Origin: Octopus vulgaris
Taxonomy: Eukaryota
Assembly (NCBI GenBank): GCA_951406725.2
Contig: OX597818.1
Coordinates: forward strand, 34,658,001-34,722,000
Reading direction: 5' to 3'
DNA: 64,000 nucleotides
Shown one piece after another: positions 38,832 to 52,777 of this stretch (within the stretch, counting starts at the first letter, position 1; each line of letters starts with the position of its first letter). The notes under the pieces were generated by a model that saw only the letters and a list, made by a program, of their open reading frames with translations, was not told the origin of the DNA and did no database searches. The position numbers and the translations under genes are program-made.

Positions 38832-39511
38832 TAATAGTTGGGAGATATCCAAATGTAGACAATATTGATTCCAGCCACCACTGTCATTACTAGTACCATC
38901 ACCATTTTATAGCCATTTTTTTAATGCTTTCATAGGTTGGACAGACTTTCTTCACCAAAAACTGCAGTCCTTTGTCATACATTATATGTGTACTTATTGT
39001 TAGGTATGTTTGAGTATGAGAAAACTATATTAAAGTTTTTGATATTTCACTGAGTTTCAAAAGAACTTAGTATGTTGTATTTTGTAATTAAATTTATTAG
39101 CCTGAGGGTAATGGGCTACTTCAAATTAAATTTCTGCTTTTTTAAATTGTATCCACAAATCATACAAATATAAATGTCTAAAACTAACCATAAGGTAGTT
39201 GGTGGGAAACAACTGGGTTTCTAAACATTAGTCAGTTTGTACAGAGAGAAACTACTAGGGACATAAATGCATTTGGATGTTGTGTATTTGATAAGGTAGT
39301 CCCACAAGTTATTAGTACAGAGTAGATGGAAAAGAACTAAACCAAGGAATATTTGGAATGACAGATTAGGTTTTAAAAATTTGGGCCTCATAAGCTAGAC
39401 ACAGTTGGGGTTGCACTTTCATATTGGCCAGTTTGATTCCTTATAGACTAGAAAATGATGATGATGTATCTGTCAAATATATTTATAAAGCTTTCTTTCT
39501 GTACTTACTTA

Positions 39512-39889
39512 TCTTTATATATAAAAGTGAAGTTGTGTGTCTGTCTCCTACGATTTAGATTCCTAACTACTCCCACATTTTGCGGTGCAGTTTAACCAAA
39601 ACCGGGTATCTTATAATCGTGATTCATATCGAGCCCTTCTGGGTATTAGCGCGCATCTACGATGAGTCTACGATTTAAAAAAAAATTTACCATCATTTTT
39701 TCCATCATTTTTTCGCTATTATATAAGGGAAGTAACTCTCTAAAAATGTCTACGATGAGTCAACGATTTAAAAAAAAATTTACCATAATTTTTTTCCATT
39801 TTTTTGATATTTTTTGGCTATAACTCTCTAAAAATGCTTATATAGTAATTTTCCTTACAAACCCGAGCAACGCTGGGCGATACTGCTAG
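39512..39889 (+). mobile_element. Non-autonomous Helitron
   Basis: A|TC 5' end; 3' GC-rich hairpin cccgagcaacgctggg about 8 nt before CTAG|T; no TSD; internal ~93-bp tandem duplication. Confidence 0.85.
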
Positions 39890-40449
39890 TTTCTTATATA
39901 ACTGTGAATGGTATCAAAAATATATATGGTTTTACTAATAAAGATGTACATTTGTTAAAACATGTATGTGGATGATCTCTTTTATAAGTATATCTTAACA
40001 TTTTGCTGCTTTCAGTTTGTTAAGGAAATTGCTTTCATGAACTTCAAAATCAATTTTTATAATATTGTATATGGATCTAAACCCCTTTGTTTCTCTTTGA
40101 ATTCATCTCTAGAGGTGTTGGATTTATTATCTTTAAACCTTTTTGCTTGTAAACACGGAATGCATTTTTTATTAAAGAAGGTAAAGGCAATGTGACAAAA
40201 CCTTTGTGAGGGTTCTTGTCAGAGTAGGCTTTTTTTTAAAATTATTTCTTTACATTATTTTTCTTTAATGAAAGTTCTTTGAAGAACCTAATCTGCACAA
40301 AATACAATGAAATTTATTTCAGTGTGTTTCTATTTCTCTAAGATAAGTTTACATTACACATCTTTTCTGTTGTTAATTTAAAATTTTCTTTTAAATAAGC
40401 ATTATATTTTTGCCAAATTTTTGATTTTCCTTTCTCTAGTTCTGTGTGT

Positions 40450-40760
40450 GAACCATTACTGATAGTGACACCACCCACACCATGGTAAGTTTGCTGAAGT
40501 TGGCGTCCTCCCTGCTCCCTGTTTCCAAACATTTTTGCAGTGGTATTCTGTTCAATAGGCTTTCACTCTTTGTAGTCCTTCATTGACCCTTCTAGGAGTG
40601 CATCCAAACCAAATTCCCCCCTTACTTGTTTGATTTCAGTTTGATTAATAGAATATAAAACTATTCTCTTCATTGAAATGCATGATTTATCTTGTTCTCT
40701 TGTCCAGTGTTTTTCTGGTAAGTCCCCTTGTGTGGTACATTCCTCTAATTAATCTTTTTA
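40450..40760 (-). mobile_element. Possible decayed RTE C-terminal fragment
   Basis: WFGCTPRR- and KMFGNREQGGRQ-like remnants resemble the RTE FGH..R / G.R.RGR motifs. Confidence 0.35.
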
Positions 40761-43700
40761 ACTCTGATATTTATTGTTATTTTATGTATTTTGCCATTCA
40801 TTGAAGAAATGTTTATACCCAAATACATGCTTAGAAACTGCATGTCTTTTGACATGTATTAAATGCATGTGAGCCTAAAACATGTATATTCAGTGGTCAA
40901 GAAACAAAAAATCTTCTAAAATTTTATATTCAGATGATTTATTTCGGAAAAATATTTTAAACTGATGCATAGCTATTTACACCATCAATACAGTTTATTT
41001 ATAAATAACAAATTTTTAGTTTAATTTTAAAGGTTGCAAATATTTCTTAAAATATTTTTAACATTTCTTAAATATCATGTTTTTTAAAATATATCTTAAA
41101 TTTTTGAGAAAAAGTTTTTATTTTAATGCAGAAAAACATCTAATATTTTAATGAAATTAGAATTTTGAATTATGTATCTTAAGTAGCTTTACTAAAAACT
41201 TGTATTAATTTAAAAAAAAAATAAAACATAATACTATTATTGTTGAATATGAAAATAGGGGAAAAATTGCTGTTGTGTCTTTCTAACTAGTCAGCATTCT
41301 ATTGCATAATGAGCATTTTCATTTCTCTTAAGATTGAAAAGAAAATCAGTTTGTTTTACTTCAAAACTTGCTTTTATTGCAAATCTGCTTTATAACTGCA
41401 TGTTTAATTTTCCATACTGATATAAACTTTGATCGATTGACACAAATTCACATATTCATGTGTATTTTTATGGCAAGAGGACCATAGAAGAAATAATCAT
41501 TTTGTTATGGTGTAGGATTGGTACCTAGTTTTTCAGCTAGATAAACTAAAATAATTAAAATAAGTACTGCATGTGGTTAGATTCGAAATCATGATTATAA
41601 ATCTGGCTGATTAATTATTCAGCCATTCCTCTGTTAAAGTTGCTTTTTTAATTGATTATTGGTAAAACATAATGAAGCATAAATGCTTTTTTTAAAATGT
41701 TTTAATATATATCTCCCATTCTAGTATAGAATGAATGCCGTTCGCATTTCTGGTTAACCTTTAATTGACAGCAAGTTTCTAGTTGGCTAAGGCAAGTAGT
41801 TTTTTGAATAACATGAAATGATGGCTATGACTTTTCAAGGTCTTTAATTCAACACTTCTACCATTTAGTCATATGTAAAGTAGATAAATCTTAAGAGATG
41901 GACAGCTACTTTCATCAACAGATATGCAGGGAAAATAATATGTCATAAAATACATCTGATTTATTAACAGTAGTTTATAAACTCAACAACTAAATAATTA
42001 CTTCCTTTGAAAAAGTTTTCCAAGCCAGCAACAAATGTTAATATGGTTTTAAAAAAACTTCGGCATTTTGCTTCTCACTGAGAATTATCACAACAAAAAT
42101 AAAAAGACTAATTTAAAATTTTGTATTTAACAAGTTCTTGCATCAAATATTTGATTTACATAAATACATAAAAATAATTTGGATGTGGTAATTTAGATGA
42201 TATTTTGTTGAGCATTTTCTGCAGCAATTCCCAAAATGTACAAATTGAAATCTTTGCAAATATCTGATTAATTTGGCAATCTTTTTCTTTTTTTTTTTTA
42301 CCTGCCCATTTAACACTTTAATAGAAAATAGGTGAATCATAAGGTTTTAAAATTATAAGCATTTTCAAAATGCAAATGATTCACTTTAGCATTTTTACCC
42401 AGAATGGCATTCAGTGACTTAAAAAATTACCATCTACTAAAAAATGCTTAAGACAGACTATAATTACAAGTATTTGAATGTAAAGTACTTCAATAAGAAA
42501 ATTCAACTTTTATATCTTTAAAAATCCTTAATATTTGTTGTGTTGGTAAAATTAAATCTGCTTTTGTTTAGCTGAAATATTTTAGTAATTGGTGGTCTGG
42601 AAATTATTGACTCTTCTTTTATTCTGGAGTTGCTAACTATAAATAAATAAACAACGTTACAGTGTTGAGTATGCTATTCTCATCTCAAGTACTAACAGAT
42701 TTTTTTTTAATAATGAAGTGGCCTCTCTGGTTTAGAAATTAATCATGACAATAATTTTTGTTCATCTGTACAAGTGAATGTATCTGATTCTCATATTCAG
42801 CCACTCTCTTCGGGTTTACTTCTATTAATTATGTAATCCTAGTCTTTCTTTTATGATATAGCACCACTCAGTATTCATTCACAATCATCCTGTATGGTTC
42901 TCTAATCATTCTAAGATCTACAGTAGTGGTTAGACTATGCTTCACTAAACAGGTCAAATGAAACCAAAACGTATCTAGAGTTGTCATTATAGAGCTAAAG
43001 ATTGATTATCTCCTCTCTACCCTTCATATTTATCTAGTTTTAATTAATTAAAATTTTGAAGTTGTCTCTTTCTCCTATGTTATTTTTTTTTATATAACCC
43101 ATTTGTCATTTAGAAAATGATTGTTTTCATCATTATGGATGTAATTTTAATTCATTAAAGTTTTTTTTTTTACTTACTAATTATATTTAATTCTGATGAT
43201 TTGAAAAACATTGCCATATCATACCTGTTTATATTTCCTCTTTTGATTTTTCTAACTTCAGTGTGCTGTTCATTTAAATATTTTTTGGATGTTCATAATT
43301 AAAAGTTGAATATTCAAGGAAATATGGTTTTAAACACACCAATAAAACACAAAATTATATTCATTTATTTAATGTTAAATACTACAAATAACATGCAGAA
43401 GGAAAATCTTTTTATATCCTCTGTGCATCCTTGCTTCTTTTATGACTGGATTAAAAAAACCTTCTAAATTCTACTAAATCTGTTTCTCTTTCTATATCAA
43501 TTTGCAGAACTTTTCAAAAGCTCTATTGCCCCCTTTTAAAAATTTCTGCTAATGCTTGTTCTTTTATAATTTCTTTGATATCTTAAATGCCTTTTACTTA
43601 ACATTACACTTATGAAATTTCACATATTTGTGTGAATTACTCAACAAAATGGTTTTGGTGAAGTTGTTTATGTTTTAAATACATTATTATTCAAATAATT

Positions 43701-44999
43701 ATGTTGTGTTAATTATGCTTTAGATTTCATAATTAATGTATTTTACATGTTTTGTTATTGTTCCGTCATACTGGTACTGGAATTTATTTTGAATCATTTC
43801 ACAACCATCATTAGTCTTATTTTTTTATTGATTAAATAAGCTAGCTGACCATATTTTATAGCAAGCAACTATTACTGAAACACATCTTAATTATTAGATT
43901 AGCTCATTGAAATATTCATTATATGTAGAAACAACACTAATTAGAATTTAACGGTTATTTACAGTATTATCTTAGGAAAAATTAATACAAAAAATTTTAC
44001 TTGCAAATTTGTTTTTACAGTTGTCTATATTGTAACTTGAAGTTATTTTTAACATGTATTTAAAATGTTAACAATCTTCCTTCTGGTTAAATAAAGAACA
44101 AATTTTTAATTAAAAATGTTGATGATTATTTTCTTCTTAATTACCAATTTTCTATTTATTTACAAGATCATCCCATTAATAATGTATCTTTCCATGATAG
44201 AGAAAGTTTAATAGCTTCCATTCTTTTTGAAGGTTAAGTTTTCTGAAAGTATATCTAAAGGATCTAAAAAACTTTGTTATATTGATTGTAATAAATGATA
44301 ACAAAACCAATCCAAATACTAGCTTTTTTTTTTTTAACAAATACTTCCATTGGCGTGGTAATATTAGAATATCAGTTCAGTTCTTCACAAGTTAAAATGT
44401 GCAAAATGAATTGCTATTATATATAGTTTTGTTATAACATTAAGATTGTGAATATGAAAATCTCTCAATGATAGCATTGTTTCAACTGTTTGGGTATTCC
44501 AAACTATTAATCGCTTGTATTTCTACCTATGCTATGTTTCAATCAATATAGCCTTGTAAGAGGCTATGGTTAATAGAGTAGAAAACTCGCATTTGTTTGA
44601 AAAATAACTCATCTATAAATTATTGATATGCAATTAGTTAATAACAGTTCATAGAGTTTCTCATTGATGATTGGTGTTTGGCAATACAATGCAATCTCAA
44701 TGCCCTGTTTTGTTTGATATTGACCACTTACTTTGAAACAGTTGAAGATTATTCTATAAATTATAAAGAAGTGGCATAGAAACTCTATTCATCTCATATT
44801 GTTATTCATCTACATTCGTCAGACAGTTTAGCAAAGTATCTAAATCAGAAAAAGTGGGTGCCACATGAGATATCATTTGGCAATATGAGAAACATATTAC
44901 AATAAATAATTACATAAATTACGTGATTATTCAGTGGTATTTCATGGATTGTTAATGGAAACTGAGTATTGATAAAAGGAGATATATTGTAGATATATA

Positions 45000-45232
45000 T
45001 AAAGCAGCAGAATTGTCTAGCAGAATTGTCTGGCAGAATTGTTAGCATGGCAGACCATGTTTAGTACCATTTCATCTGTCTCTACATTATGAGTTCAGAT
45101 TCCACTGTTGTTGACTTTACCTTTCATCCTTTCAGGGTTGATAAAATAAGTACCAGTTAAGTACTGTAGTTGATGCAATCAACTAATTCTTTCTCCAAAA
45201 AATTTTCAGACCTTGTGGCTATAGTAGAAAGG
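45000..45232 (+). mobile_element. SINE family B with a 16-bp TSD and a triplicated head
   Basis: TSD atattgtag(a/t)tatata at 44984 and 45233; gcagaattgt repeated three times at the head. Confidence 0.85.
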
Positions 45233-47588
45233 ATATTGTAGTTATATAAATAGTTGTAGTAGTATGAGGGCATACTCTGTAACACAGCTTGTCGCTGCAT
45301 CCACCATTTGTTGGTGATTTCCTACTACTCCTGGTAGATGATTCCTCTGCACCACTCAGGTGACAACCCTCCAACCCATGAGTCTGTTTGGGTAGTCGTT
45401 GTTGGTGAGGATTTTATGAGGCCAGAGTGCAGAGGAAACATTGGGTCTATTTTTTGACATGCTGGTCCCTACACAGCATATACTATCTAAAATTAAACCT
45501 CAACCCTAAGAATATTTTACTTAAAGTTGGTAAGAAAAGGTTGGAAAATATATGCTACATTATATGAGAAAATAGTTACCATTAATAAAAAGACCAATGA
45601 AATGCTACACTCTCATTGTTCAACTGGGAAGTTATGTTTCCCCATGGCAATGGAAATCACAATGCCACTTGAATATTTTCTGCCAAAATCAAGAAGTTTG
45701 CTGAAGAAAGAAAAAAATCATTCATGCTCTGATTTTTCTCCTTTTCAGCATCCTTAAAATATTTTAATGAAAAACAATATACTTGTTTGACAAGAACAAA
45801 ATCTGCATTTGTACATCTCTATATCCATAAAATACTTGAATTTGATAAAAATAGCATTAAAAAGTTGAGCATTTGATGCACTATCATTAATAGCAATCAA
45901 AAATATATGCTATATTTAAAAAAATTTAGTTCTTGGCCATTCGAAACTTTCATTTGAAAAGAAACATTAGTAGTTGAACGACATGTATGAATAATATTAA
46001 AATTAAAGCTTGTATTCTGTTTCTTTTTAATTTTGTGTTTTTCTTGTAAATCGATAAATCTATTCAACATTTGAAAAATATACTTATATCTAGCATTCAT
46101 AAATTTAAAACTTTCTTACAAGATAAAGTTTTATTTTGATATAGATGTATCTCTTTTGAAATTTGCATTTTTTTCATTTTTGTTTTGTTTTTACTTACAT
46201 TTGGAAAGTGTATTGACTGTTAGATAATTCTAATGCATAAGAGATAAATGTAAGAGAAATTAAAATTTATTAAAATATTTAAATAATCAAACTATAACTT
46301 AATATCAAGATTATAAATTAATTTTCCCTATTAGTTGACTTGATGGTTTATTCATATCAATAAACACATGAATCTGTGAATATTATACAAGTTATTTCAA
46401 CTGAACCAGTCAGCTGTTTGTTAGTTAAGAGTTTCCTCATTTGATTTGTTTATTGAGCAGCTGTTTGATATACTGGTCATCTTGGGAAACTCTAGAGAGG
46501 CTATCAACAGATTTAGCTAAAATAAATGATAATACTATATCAGTATTCTCCCTCACCTACATATGTATATGTTGTAACCTACATATGTATATTCAAATTT
46601 GTGTATTTGTATGTATGTGTGTATGTCATCATTATCATTTTTATGCCTGCATATTTCATGTTGGTATGATCTGGACAAAATGTTTTGAGGCAGTATTCTT
46701 TAGCCATATACTTTCTTGACACAATACTTAACACACACATATGCTCATTTCATTGCTGGTAACCAATAAAACATTTATAATAAAAAGAAAAAGTCATTTA
46801 AATTAGAATATAGTTCTTGAAATAAAATAGCTATGATGGTTTTATTTCTGCATCAGTCTATTTTCAAATTTTATGTACAACGTTTTACATTAGCATTGAG
46901 AAATATGTAACCATGTCTTTATTAACAATATATCTCAAAGCAAACTCAGCTATAAATAATAACTTATAGTATGTTAGGTTTCAGAAGTTGTAGGATTTGA
47001 GTCCTGCAGGCAGCTTTCTGCTTCTTTGCCATTCAAGAAGTCTGTAACTCATTCATTTGTTTTTATGTCTGTTTTTCCGTGGGTTAGATGAATATATTAT
47101 TGATGCATTGTTTTTACAGCTGGTTGCTCTTCCTGTTGTTATTCACCCTTGCCATGCATCTTCTGTAATTCAGTGTATTATAAGCTCATTTTTACAGCTG
47201 AATTTGCTCTGAGATGCATCACTAATGAAGACTATTCCTTTTCTATTAAGTGATGAAATTTTTTTTAATCTTTTGTTATATCTGTATAACTGCAACCCTT
47301 ATATTGTGAATGTCTCTATGCTTTTGTATATATATATATATATATATATACATATACAACATAAACTTTTGTATGCCCAAATATTTTCCATTTTTTTTTG
47401 TGATTATGATTTAGTAATGGTTATTACAATAAGTAATTAAAAGTAATAGTACATTATTATTAAATAAGATGTCTTTGTGTTTCCTACTAAAGACAGTGTT
47501 CCTCTTTATGGCTTTCTGTAAGGATTTTAGTATTAATAGAATTCAACAGTAACTTTTTGTTATCAACCTTTTACACACACACACACAC

Positions 47589-48000
47589 ACATAGGCATGG
47601 CTGTGTGGTAAGAAGTTTGGTTCCTAACCACATGGTTCTAGGTTCAGTCCCACTGCTTGGCACCTTGGGCATGCATCTCCTACTATAGCCTCGGGCTGGC
47701 CAAAGCCTTCTGAGTTGATTTGGGAGATGGAAACTGAAAGAATCCCATTGTGTGTGTGTGTGTGTATATATATATGTGTGTGTATATGTGTATCTTTGTG
47801 TCTATGTTTGTCCTCCATCACCACTTGGCAACCAGTGCTTGTGTGTTTATGTCCCCGTAACTTAGCAGTTTGGTAAAAAAGACCAACAAAATAAGTACCA
47901 GCCTTTAAAGACAAAAAGTACTGGGGTTGATTTGTTTGACAAAAGTCCTTCAAGGTGGTGCTCCAGCATGGCCACAGTCTAATGACCGAAACAAGTAAAA
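47589..48000 (+). mobile_element. Full-length SINE family A
   Basis: A-box tggctgtgtgg, B-box ggttcagtccc, internal (GT/AT)n, tail gctccagcatggccacagtc...gaaacaagtaaaa. Confidence 0.92.
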
Positions 48001-48037
48001 AATAAAAGATATATATATATATATATAAAGATTGAAA

Positions 48038-48790
48038 AAGTGGCATGGGTTTCCTCTAGAGAAAACAAGTCCAACCCATGTAAGGAGGGAAAATGGGTCA
48101 TAAAATAGAGATAGATACATAGACAGATAGAGAAATCTATGCACAGAACCATAGAAACTAGAGCTATTTGACATTCATACATTGTTTGTTTATATCCTCA
48201 TCATCATCTCATCATTTTGCATCTCCTTTTCATGCTGGTATGGGTTGGATGGCTTGATAGGGCCTAACAATCTGGAGGATTGTGTTGAGCTCCAATGTCT
48301 GCTTTGGCAGAAGCCCTTTCTATTGCCAACCACTTTACAGAATGTATTAGGTGTTTTGTTTTTCATGAAACCCAAATGAGTGAAGTTGCCATGTAATTTG
48401 TAAGACAAATGAAAAGAAGAAACTGTGAATAAAATCCATACACCAGAGTACCTATGTACTGATTTATAACATCTACTAATACTTAACAATTAATTAGATA
48501 GTTTATCATTCGGAAAGGCATCTGCCAAAGCAGACATTGAAACTTGATACAGTCTTCTAGCTTTTTCAATCATGTCAAAACATCCTGTCCATATCAATAT
48601 GGCATGTAGGTGTTAAATGATGAGGACGTAAACAAGCAGTGTATGAATGCACAATGACTCCAGTTGCTATGGTTCTCTGCATAAATATTTATTCATCATT
48701 TATCTATCTACTTATTTACTTATTTTATGCTAAATGTTCCTTCCTTACATGTGATGGACTTGTTTTCTCCAGAGAAGGCCCTTACCACTT
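48038..48790. repeat. Old inverted duplication (~280-bp arms, ~190-bp spacer)
   Basis: 48038-48320 is the diverged reverse complement of 48512-48790. The ORF track shows paralogous translations on opposite strands (MYEC...MVLCI). Confidence 0.85.
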
Positions 48791-49265
48791 GTTACAGTCT
48801 TTTGTCTACCATCTTGAGATTTATTCTTTTGAAGTCAACACTGACCGCTTCCTCTCGTGTCTGCTTCTTCCATAGATTCCTACCACTTGTTGCTTGGCAT
48901 TTCTTTACTTAGCTGTTATCTTCCACATGCATCACATTCCCATACCTTCACAGTCTCCTCTCTTGAAAACTACAACTGATTCCTCTTACGCCCAGTTTTT
49001 CTCTCAGCTTGTTTGTGCTCCATTAGTCATATATACTAACATTACATGCCCAGCAGAGTGTATTTACCTGTTTTATTTTTTGCAGCCTCCATGCAGCTTC
49101 CACAGTCATTGGTCATGTTTTGCTGCCATGCAGCTTTGCATTTCATACTCAAGTATCATACAATCTACTACTCATCCTTTGTCACCATTTAATAACTCCC
49201 GGAATATTTTTCATCCAGTTTTTACTCTGGCTATAACGTTTTTAGAATACTCATCTCCATATCTG
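48640..49265 (-). mobile_element. Decayed RTE LINE 3' fragment
   Basis: The reverse complement resembles the 25750-26683 family (RLYDT, LHGSK, GR...W remnants). Confidence 0.6.
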
Positions 49266-49618
49266 ATTATTTCATTTTGGTAACAGAAGTTAGGGTTAGT
49301 ACTTTAAATGAATTTATTTCACAGATACCCTTACTGCTAACTGCAATTGTGCACCTGCTACATATGCAATCTTGCTTTCTTGTTAGCTTGCCTGGGATTC
49401 CGCTACACCTCTTGTGCATCTATAGTTTACATTGTGTACATCATGTGAAATTCACACTTCTTTTCTTCATTTCAAACCTTACCCTTTCCCACATGGCAGT
49501 AAAGTTTTGTTTTGTTTTCTTTCCTGCTAAAACTTGTTATTTAAAAGTTGTACAAACCAAGAAGTTTAATCTTTTTCAGAAAAAAACTCTTTCTTTACTT
49601 CTCTATTCAAATGAAAAT

Positions 49619-49669
<51 letters not shown>

Positions 49670-50038
49670 TGGGGGAGAAAAAAGGAAAGAGAAAGAAAAG
49701 GTGAGAAAAGGAGGGAGAGAAAGTGAGTGTGAGTGTGTGTGTGTACTAGCAGACAGGTGATGTTCTGCACACAAATGCAAACCTGCTATTATTTATTTCA
49801 CTTTTAATAACGCTAGCATACATAGTCTCAAGGTCTCCATAAGCATACTAAAAACTCTGTATAATAGTTTCTCGGTCACTCTTGGTTAAAGCTCTAATGT
49901 TTGTTATTATTTTCCTTTTATCAGTGCTATACACACGTTATTAAGCAGATGGTTTTGATGTCTAAGTGTCTAGTATTTTCATTCTTTCTTTATTCTCCTC
50001 CTTATATGTGTGCGTGAGTGTATGTATATGCATATATA

Positions 50039-50891
50039 CAGAGTGTGATGAGTAAATTGTAGCCATTTCAGATTTTTAATTTTGTGCATGCATATTGTTT
50101 GTTTTTGATTTTATTGACTGTACAACATAGTAGGGTCAGTTGGGCACCATCTGTGAGAAAAACAGCACCATGATGCAATTTCCTCTGCAGAAATTTTTAA
50201 ATTTCATACTGTACTGCTTGGCATTTGCACTGGAAACTCCAGCAATACAAACATTTCAGAGTGTTTGGATGTCAATCTGAAGACAGTGCAACCTGAGGAC
50301 ATGTACCGAGGGTGATAAAAATCAGACATCCAGTCAACATCATGGTGTTTAGAGTGATCACTAATGATGGCAACATTATGCCTCTAGTTATCTTCCCACA
50401 CAGCCTCAGACTCAACACGGAGGCCTACATCGAGTGCCTGGAGGAGGTAGTGCTGCCCTGGGTCAAGAGAGTGGCTGCTGGAATACCCTATGTCTGGTAA
50501 CAGGACTCTCTACCATGCCACACAAGTAGGAGAACCCAGTCATGGCTGTCAGACAATTTCTGTGACTACATCACTCCTAACATCTGGCCACCTAACTCCC
50601 CAGACTGCAACCCCCTTGATTAACCCCTTGTAACACTAAAATGAACTGAAGGCAAGGATTATGGCAGCATTTACCAACTTAAACAAGGAGACTGTCCAGA
50701 AGAGTTGCAGGAGATTCTAAAGTTGTCTAGAGGCTGTGGTTGAAGCCAATGGCGATTTTATTGAAGAAATTTACTCTTTAATATTTCAAGATATTTTAAA
50801 GTAATTTTAGTAAATATATCTGTTAAAATGAGATGTCAGTGTTATTTTCATTTTTGTGTAATTTAGACAACAGTTTATTCACCTCACCCTT
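50039..50891 (+). mobile_element. Internally deleted DD37D (maT) Tc1/mariner element
   Basis: HPVNIMVF...PYVW*QDSLPCH...WPPNSPDCNPLD with exactly 37 residues between the last two Asp. Imperfect TIRs cagagtgtgatgagtaaattgt / acagtttattcacctcaccct; TA flanks. Confidence 0.9.
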
Positions 50892-51408
50892 TATATATAT
50901 ATATATGTATATATATATGTGCATGTATGTATACACACACACACACGCACAAAAGCACACACAGACATGGAATTCTGTGAGAGAATACAAAGATGAATTT
51001 CCTATTGCTTACATTTAGCTATTTTTCAAGATATCTTCTTGTCAGTGAGACACAGACAAGTTCCATTAACCTTTGCTGGATATTCAGAAAATAAAAAAGC
51101 TTGAATGCATACCCCAAGACATTTTGTCTAATACTCCTAATAATTTTCGCTAATCTACTTCACTGGGAAGGTGCTTCATTTTATTGATCCCAGAAAAATA
51201 AAGGCCAACTTGATCTGAATGAGATTTGAAAGCCAGAACAAATTCTGGAAAGTATTATATCCATTGTTTTAACAATTCTGCTGATACTTTTATTCACCAA
51301 CGTTCACTAAAAAAGGGATGATCCTTTTGTATTTTGTAGGTGAAAGAAAAAAGGCATTTTCTGTTGTTGAGAAATGAATTATCATGCTTAGATGTGAGAT
51401 TTCTTTAT

Positions 51409-51810
51409 CTCTTACTTGTTTCAGTCATTAGACTGTGGCCATGCTGGGACACTACCTTGAAGGGTTTTAGTTGAACAAGCCAACCCCAGTACTTATTTTT
51501 CAAGTCTGGTACTTATTCTGTTGGTCTCTTGCTGAAACTCCAAGTTATGAAGCCACAAACAAACCAATACCGGTTGTCAAGCAGTGTAAGTGGCAGAGAC
51601 AAACAGACAAAGATCTACACATACATATTATGTGTGTGTGTGTGTGATGGGCTTCCACATAGTTTCCTTCTACCAGATTCAGTCATAAGGCATTGGTTGA
51701 CACAGGGCTACAGTAGAAGACACTTGCCCAAGGTTCCACACTGTAGGACTGAACCCAGAGCTACATGGTTGTAAAGCAAACTCCTTAAGCACACAACCAT
51801 ACCTTTGCCT
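51409..51810 (-). mobile_element. Full-length SINE family A
   Basis: Aligns to 56003-56399. Confidence 0.88.
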
Positions 51811-52208
51811 ACAAATGTTTGTTTAAAATATATATGGTAATTTCTAATGATTTTTTTGCATTCAGGAGCTAACTAGCAAATAGAACATGTATTTGAATGT
51901 ATAATGGAAACTAATATTGTAATGTTAGAAGAATCGTTGTCATAGAAGTTACTGCTAGACTTGCTAAGTGAAAGACAGATTTCTTATATTCAGGCTTAAC
52001 AAAGATAAGTTTTTAATTGTCTACTTGCAATAAGCAACTTTTGAGCTTTGTTGATGAGAGTTCTTGTTAGAATCTTTAACATACCAGGAAAAAGTGCTTT
52101 CAGTTGTCTCAGTTTAATCATATTCCAAATTATTTTCTAGGAGTAGTAAAGTTAGATAATCATATTCTAAAAGTCTAACTGGAATTGTGATTCTTATATC
52201 TACCTTGC

Positions 52209-52693
52209 ATGTGTGTATGTGTGTGTGTGTGCATGTGTGTGTGTGTACGTACATATGTTTGTATGGATGTATGTATGTATCTTTCTACATATGTACATAT
52301 GTATGTATATATGTATATATATTTATATGTATATGTATATATATGTGTATATGTGTATGTATATATATATATGTGTATGTGTGTACGTACATATGTTTGT
52401 ATGGATGTATGTATGTATCTTTCTAAATATGTACATATGTATGTATATATGTATATATATATATATATATGTATATGTGTATATGTATATGTGTATATGT
52501 ATATATGTGTATATGTGTATGTATATATATATATATATATATATGTATACACATGTGTATATGTATATATGTTTATATGTGTATGTATATATATATATGT
52601 ATACATATGTGTATATGTATATATGTTTATATGTGTATGTATATATATATATGTATACATATATATATGTATATATATATGTATATATATATG

Positions 52694-52771
<78 letters not shown>
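52209..52771. repeat. Long compound (TA/TG)n(GA)n microsatellite with higher-order duplication
   Basis: A 138-bp internal period: gtgtacgtacatatgtttgtatggatg at 52243 and 52381. Confidence 0.95.

Positions 52772-52777
<6 letters not shown>

Noticed and set aside
47589-47660. tRNA gene (A and B boxes present)
   Set aside because: It is the tRNA-derived head of a SINE that continues into body and tail; no complete cloverleaf.
51340-51393. 54-nt candidate exon (ttttgtAG...GAT|GTGAGA)
   Set aside because: The donor is mediocre, it is wedged between SINE remnants, and its phase does not match the 52896 exon.
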